DNA of 64,000 nucleotides from Mantamonas sphyraenae STR306 (Eukaryota; Protista; CRuMs), in NCBI GenBank assembly GCA_026936335.1, contig JAPMXV010000070.1, positions 62,001 through 126,000 on the forward strand, in the 5' to 3' direction. Position numbers and translations under genes: made by a program. The notes under the pieces are model-generated. The model made no database searches and was not told the origin of the DNA. It worked only from the letters and a program-made list of their open reading frames with translations. Positions 60,541 to 64,000 of the stretch are shown here, piece after piece (positions within the stretch are counted from its first letter, which is position 1; every line of letters starts with the position of its first letter).

Positions 60541-62093
60541 ACACCCGCCTGCTCCACCCCCATCTCCGCCTCCCCGACACCCGCCTGCTCCCCCCCCACC
60601 TCTCCCTCCCCCCCACCTCTCCCTCCCCCTCCTCCCCCTCCTCTGCGTCCCCATACACTCTCTCCCCCAGCTCCACCGCCACCTTGTCCATCTCCGCGTC
60701 AAGTTGGACGCCCTTCACAGCAGCCGCCCACCGCGCAACCTCCACGGCGTGTGCACGCGCCCGTTTCGCCTTTGCCTCTTTCACAACCCACGTATCCACT
60801 TCCGTTGCCACCATTGTCACGAGCTCGCTCCACGACTCCTTTTGCCTGTACTCGGGCAAAAACACCTCGAGCATCTTGATCCCCTTCTCCGTCCTCGTCT
60901 CCAGCGCCTGTGGAAGCCTGGCAACCAGCACCCCCAGCCTCCCTGGCTGGTAAGCGAGGTTGCGCATGCTGCTGAGCACACTGTTCCTGCACTTGCTCAC
61001 GCACGGCTGCAGCAGAACAAACACAAACCGCGTTGCACGCAGCATGGCCTTGCTCACCACCACCGGTCCCTCAGCGTGTTCCTGCGCCACCAGCTTCATG
61101 CCATGCTGCGTGTGTGTGTCCACGCAGCGCCGGTACATGGTTGAGGGCCACCCGGTCAACTTTTTCATCCTCTGTTGCCTCACGTTGCGCTTGTCCGCCG
61201 ACTTTAGCGCACGAGCAGCAGTCACCCACTCCTGCACAAACCTCGACTTGCTCCCCTGCTTCTCCACGTCTGCGCGCATGTACGAGAGCAGTTCGGACGC
61301 GGTTGTGTAGTCCAGCGTCACACGCCTGCTCAATGTGTCCTTGCCCGCTCCCGCAAACTCCTCACTCCACACATACGCTGGTTGCCGCCGCCCAACACGC
61401 CCACCACGTCCGCCAGTCTCACGTGGACGGTGGAATGCGTCAAACGCCGCCACTGCTCCTTGCTCTTCTTGAGCGCTGTGCGCACTTTCCCACGGTCTGT
61501 GTCGGATGCCCCAGGGCCCCAACGGATGTGCTTGGTGCTCGTGTTGCGCGCAAGCGTGTACGTGAACCTGTCGGCCGTCTCTTCGCCGAGCACCGTGGCC
61601 ACGTCCTCCACGAGCTGTGCCCGCGACATGGGCGTCTCGAACTTTGCCCTGCTGCTGTTGTGCTTGAGCTTGGGCAGCAGCTGCTCCAGCATCGCGACGA
61701 CCCGCAGCGACGCCACTTTTGCCTTGACGGCGCCCACCACGTCCACACCAACGCGTGCCATTAGATGCCCGGCGGCTCTTCCACTCTTCAATTTTGGCAG
61801 GTTCTCGGCGCTTCGTTCACAGAGCAAATTGCGGGCGCGCGCTTGAACATAGTGTCTTTGAGCGTGGTATCCCTGATGTCGGGCAGCACCACCTCGATCA
61901 CGTCCTCCTCCGCAACAACGCATTCGTCGCGTTTCCTTTTGTCGGTGCCGGAACCCCACAGCCAGCCTTTCCGCAGGCGCAGATTCGGGTACGCGCCCCC
62001 CCGTATGCAGTCTCGAATCGCGTTGGCAAGCTTCGTGCACGGATTTGAGTCGAACAGACACGAGCGCTTCAGGTTTAGGGGGTCTTGCAGCAC

Positions 62094-62445
62094 GTCCCCA
62101 CCACCACCACCACCCTCCATCTCCTCATTGTCCAGGTCACCGCCGCCACCACCACCCTCCATCTCCTCATTGTCCAGGTCCCCACCACCACCACCACCCT
62201 CCATCTCCTCATTGTCCACGTCCCCACCACCACCACCACCCTCCATCTCCTCATTGTCCAGGTCCCCACCACCACCACCACCCTCCATCTCCTCATTGTC
62301 CAGGTCCCCACCACCACCACCACCCTCCATCTCCTCATTGTCCACGTCCCCACCACCACCACCACCCTCCATCTCCTCATTGTCCACGTCCCCACCACCA
62401 CCACCACCCTCCATCTCCTCATTGTCCACGTCCCAACCACCACCA
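62094..62445 (-). repeat. 42-bp coding tandem repeat, 8 copies (D[VL]DNEEMEGGGGGG)
   Basis: Direct inspection of DNA and translation. Confidence 0.95.
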
Positions 62446-64000
62446 CGTTCCCCCTCCAGCCCTCCCCTCCCACCATCCTCGCCACCTCCAACCCCTGTGC
62501 CCTCCGCCCCATCACCACCATACTCGCTCTCCACATCCACGGCGCCCTCTGCTGTCCGCTGCCGCTTGCGCGGCGGCCCGCCTTCGTCCCTGCCCACCTC
62601 CTGCCACCGCCGCTCCACTTCCTCGGCCCCGTGATTCCGTATGACCCACTCGGTGAGGTACGCCACAACGGCGTAGCAAGCCTGAGCATTCTCCATAAAC
62701 CACCGCCCTGTGTCTTGCACAAGCTTTGCACCAGCCATCTCCTCCGCCTCCACGCCCCACACCGCCGTCCCGGGCACATTTCTGTACCTCACCTGCTCTG
62801 CAAACTCTTTCAGGGTGTTGATCTTGCCCAGGCGCTCCAGGTACGAGTGCTCCACACTCTGCAGCCACTCGTGAAAAGAGACCCTGGGCATTTTCATCTT
62901 GCCCGGTGCGGTCGTCGCTTCCGCCGGCTTGCTCTGCTCCACGTCTTTCTTGTCGTCGTTGTACGTGGCAAACAGTCTCACAAACGCCTGTGCGATGGCT
63001 CTCTCCACGCCGTTGTTCGCACCCCGTACGATGACGTGCACTTTGCCCAGCGCGCTGGTGTCTTCTCCGCCTTCAACCACCACCTGCATGCACGTTGCAG
63101 CCTGGTGCACACCCTCCGCCTCTTTGGCTGCCGAAAGCACCTTCAGAAGGGCCACAGCACGCGCCCACATGGTCGCGACCTCCTCTGCGCTGCTGAACGC
63201 ATACCGGTTGGCCAGGTCCTCGTGGCCTGCGATGCGCGCCCGCGTTTCCACCTCCACGGCCTGACCAGATGACGCCTCGACCTTCCTGTGTTTCCACAGC
63301 ACCTGAAGCAGTGGTGTCGCGGCCGCGACGTTCACTGCGATTCCCTTTGTCGCCATCTTCTTGCCCTTCACCTTCTTGTCACCACCACCCTCCTCCACCA
63401 CAGGCTCCCGTGAGTCTGGCACAACCTCAACCTGCATCCCATCGTCTGCAGACTCATCCACCACCTCATCCACCTCCACCTCCTCCAGCCCCTGTGAATC
63501 AGACACAATCTCCACCTCCACCTCCCCGTTCCGCCGCTTGCGCTTCCTCAGATACGTCCTGAGCACCAGCCGCATCTCCGGCTCCCCCTCTGTCTTGTAG
63601 AACACCCCTCCATCTGCGGTCAATGCGCTTCGCCACAGATACGGGTCCGTGTTCTTGTTTCCCACCGTCACCCGATCGCTCTTGGCGCCGACTTTCTCTC
63701 TCATGTGCTTCACCATGAGGGCACGCAGCCCGACCCCTGCCTCCTGTTCCACCTCGTCCAATGGCCCTCCTGACACCGCCTTGGCGAGTGTCTCTTCCGC
63801 GTCAGCCCTCAGACAGCCCTTTTTGCCGTCCAATCTTGCATACTGGGCACCCCGCCTCCATTCTTGCTGCACGGGGCTGTCATTGCCCGTTGCCATCTTT
63901 GCAAACGCGTCACAGCACGTTTGCAGCTCGTCGTACACCGTGTCCAGCGTCAGGTCCTTGCTCTCCAACGCGTTGAGGCTCCCTTGTCGCAAGCCGAGCA

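Larger units (their letters stand above)
57884..64000 (-). mobile_element. Giant Fanzor/TnpB-like ORF (5' end outside window), with four apparent frameshifts
   Basis: The C-terminal part has RuvC-I VRDPG (D at 59096-59098), AVGNW, rearranged Glu in AETFTTQKCSVC (58670-58672), a second CxxC (KTCGGC) and RuvC-III FDRDVNSA (58484-58492). Three track ORFs join via frame changes near 61810, 61385, 60600-60640 and 60383. Confidence 0.82.

Noticed and set aside
63320-63640. ALTADGG and GIAVNV as a second degenerate Fanzor WED/RuvC-I segment
   Set aside because: The similarity is too short, and there is no catalytic Asp or following zinc finger; it needs a profile search.

Overview
Eukaryotic, GC-rich (roughly 60-65% by eye), very gene-dense DNA from an unidentified microbial eukaryote, probably flagellated because it has a CSPP1-like gene. 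It has short GT-AG introns, mostly near gene 5' ends, and intergenic gaps often under 150 bp. There are four zones. (1) 1-26.4 kb: housekeeping genes, namely a large ankyrin protein, a BSD protein, a WKF protein, a cytochrome-b5-fused desaturase, a TPR-GT41 OGT-like protein with signal peptide and KDEL, a DOMON-cytochrome b561, a GT25, a 3beta-HSD-like SDR, POLD2, CDIN1, SCFD2-like, an LRR protein and CSPP1-like. (2) 26.5-48 kb: six intact, mosaic ankyrin-LRR paralogs in a head-to-tail array with 19-nt spacers, head-to-head with an LRR gene sharing their C-terminal F-box-like domain. (3) 48-57.8 kb: about 10 kb with no credible protein gene. Two near-identical 1,435-bp inverted arms each carry a circularly permuted tRNA-Pro(CGG) gene and flank about 32 copies of a 158-bp satellite, with about 7 more copies outside the right arm; this layout is centromere-like. 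(4) 57.9->64 kb: a very large (>2,000 codons, four apparent single-base frameshifts) Fanzor/TnpB-like ORF with an intact rearranged RuvC triad and zinc finger, followed by a U-flanked hairpin. Gene models, splice sites and family calls were made by eye; no database searches were run.
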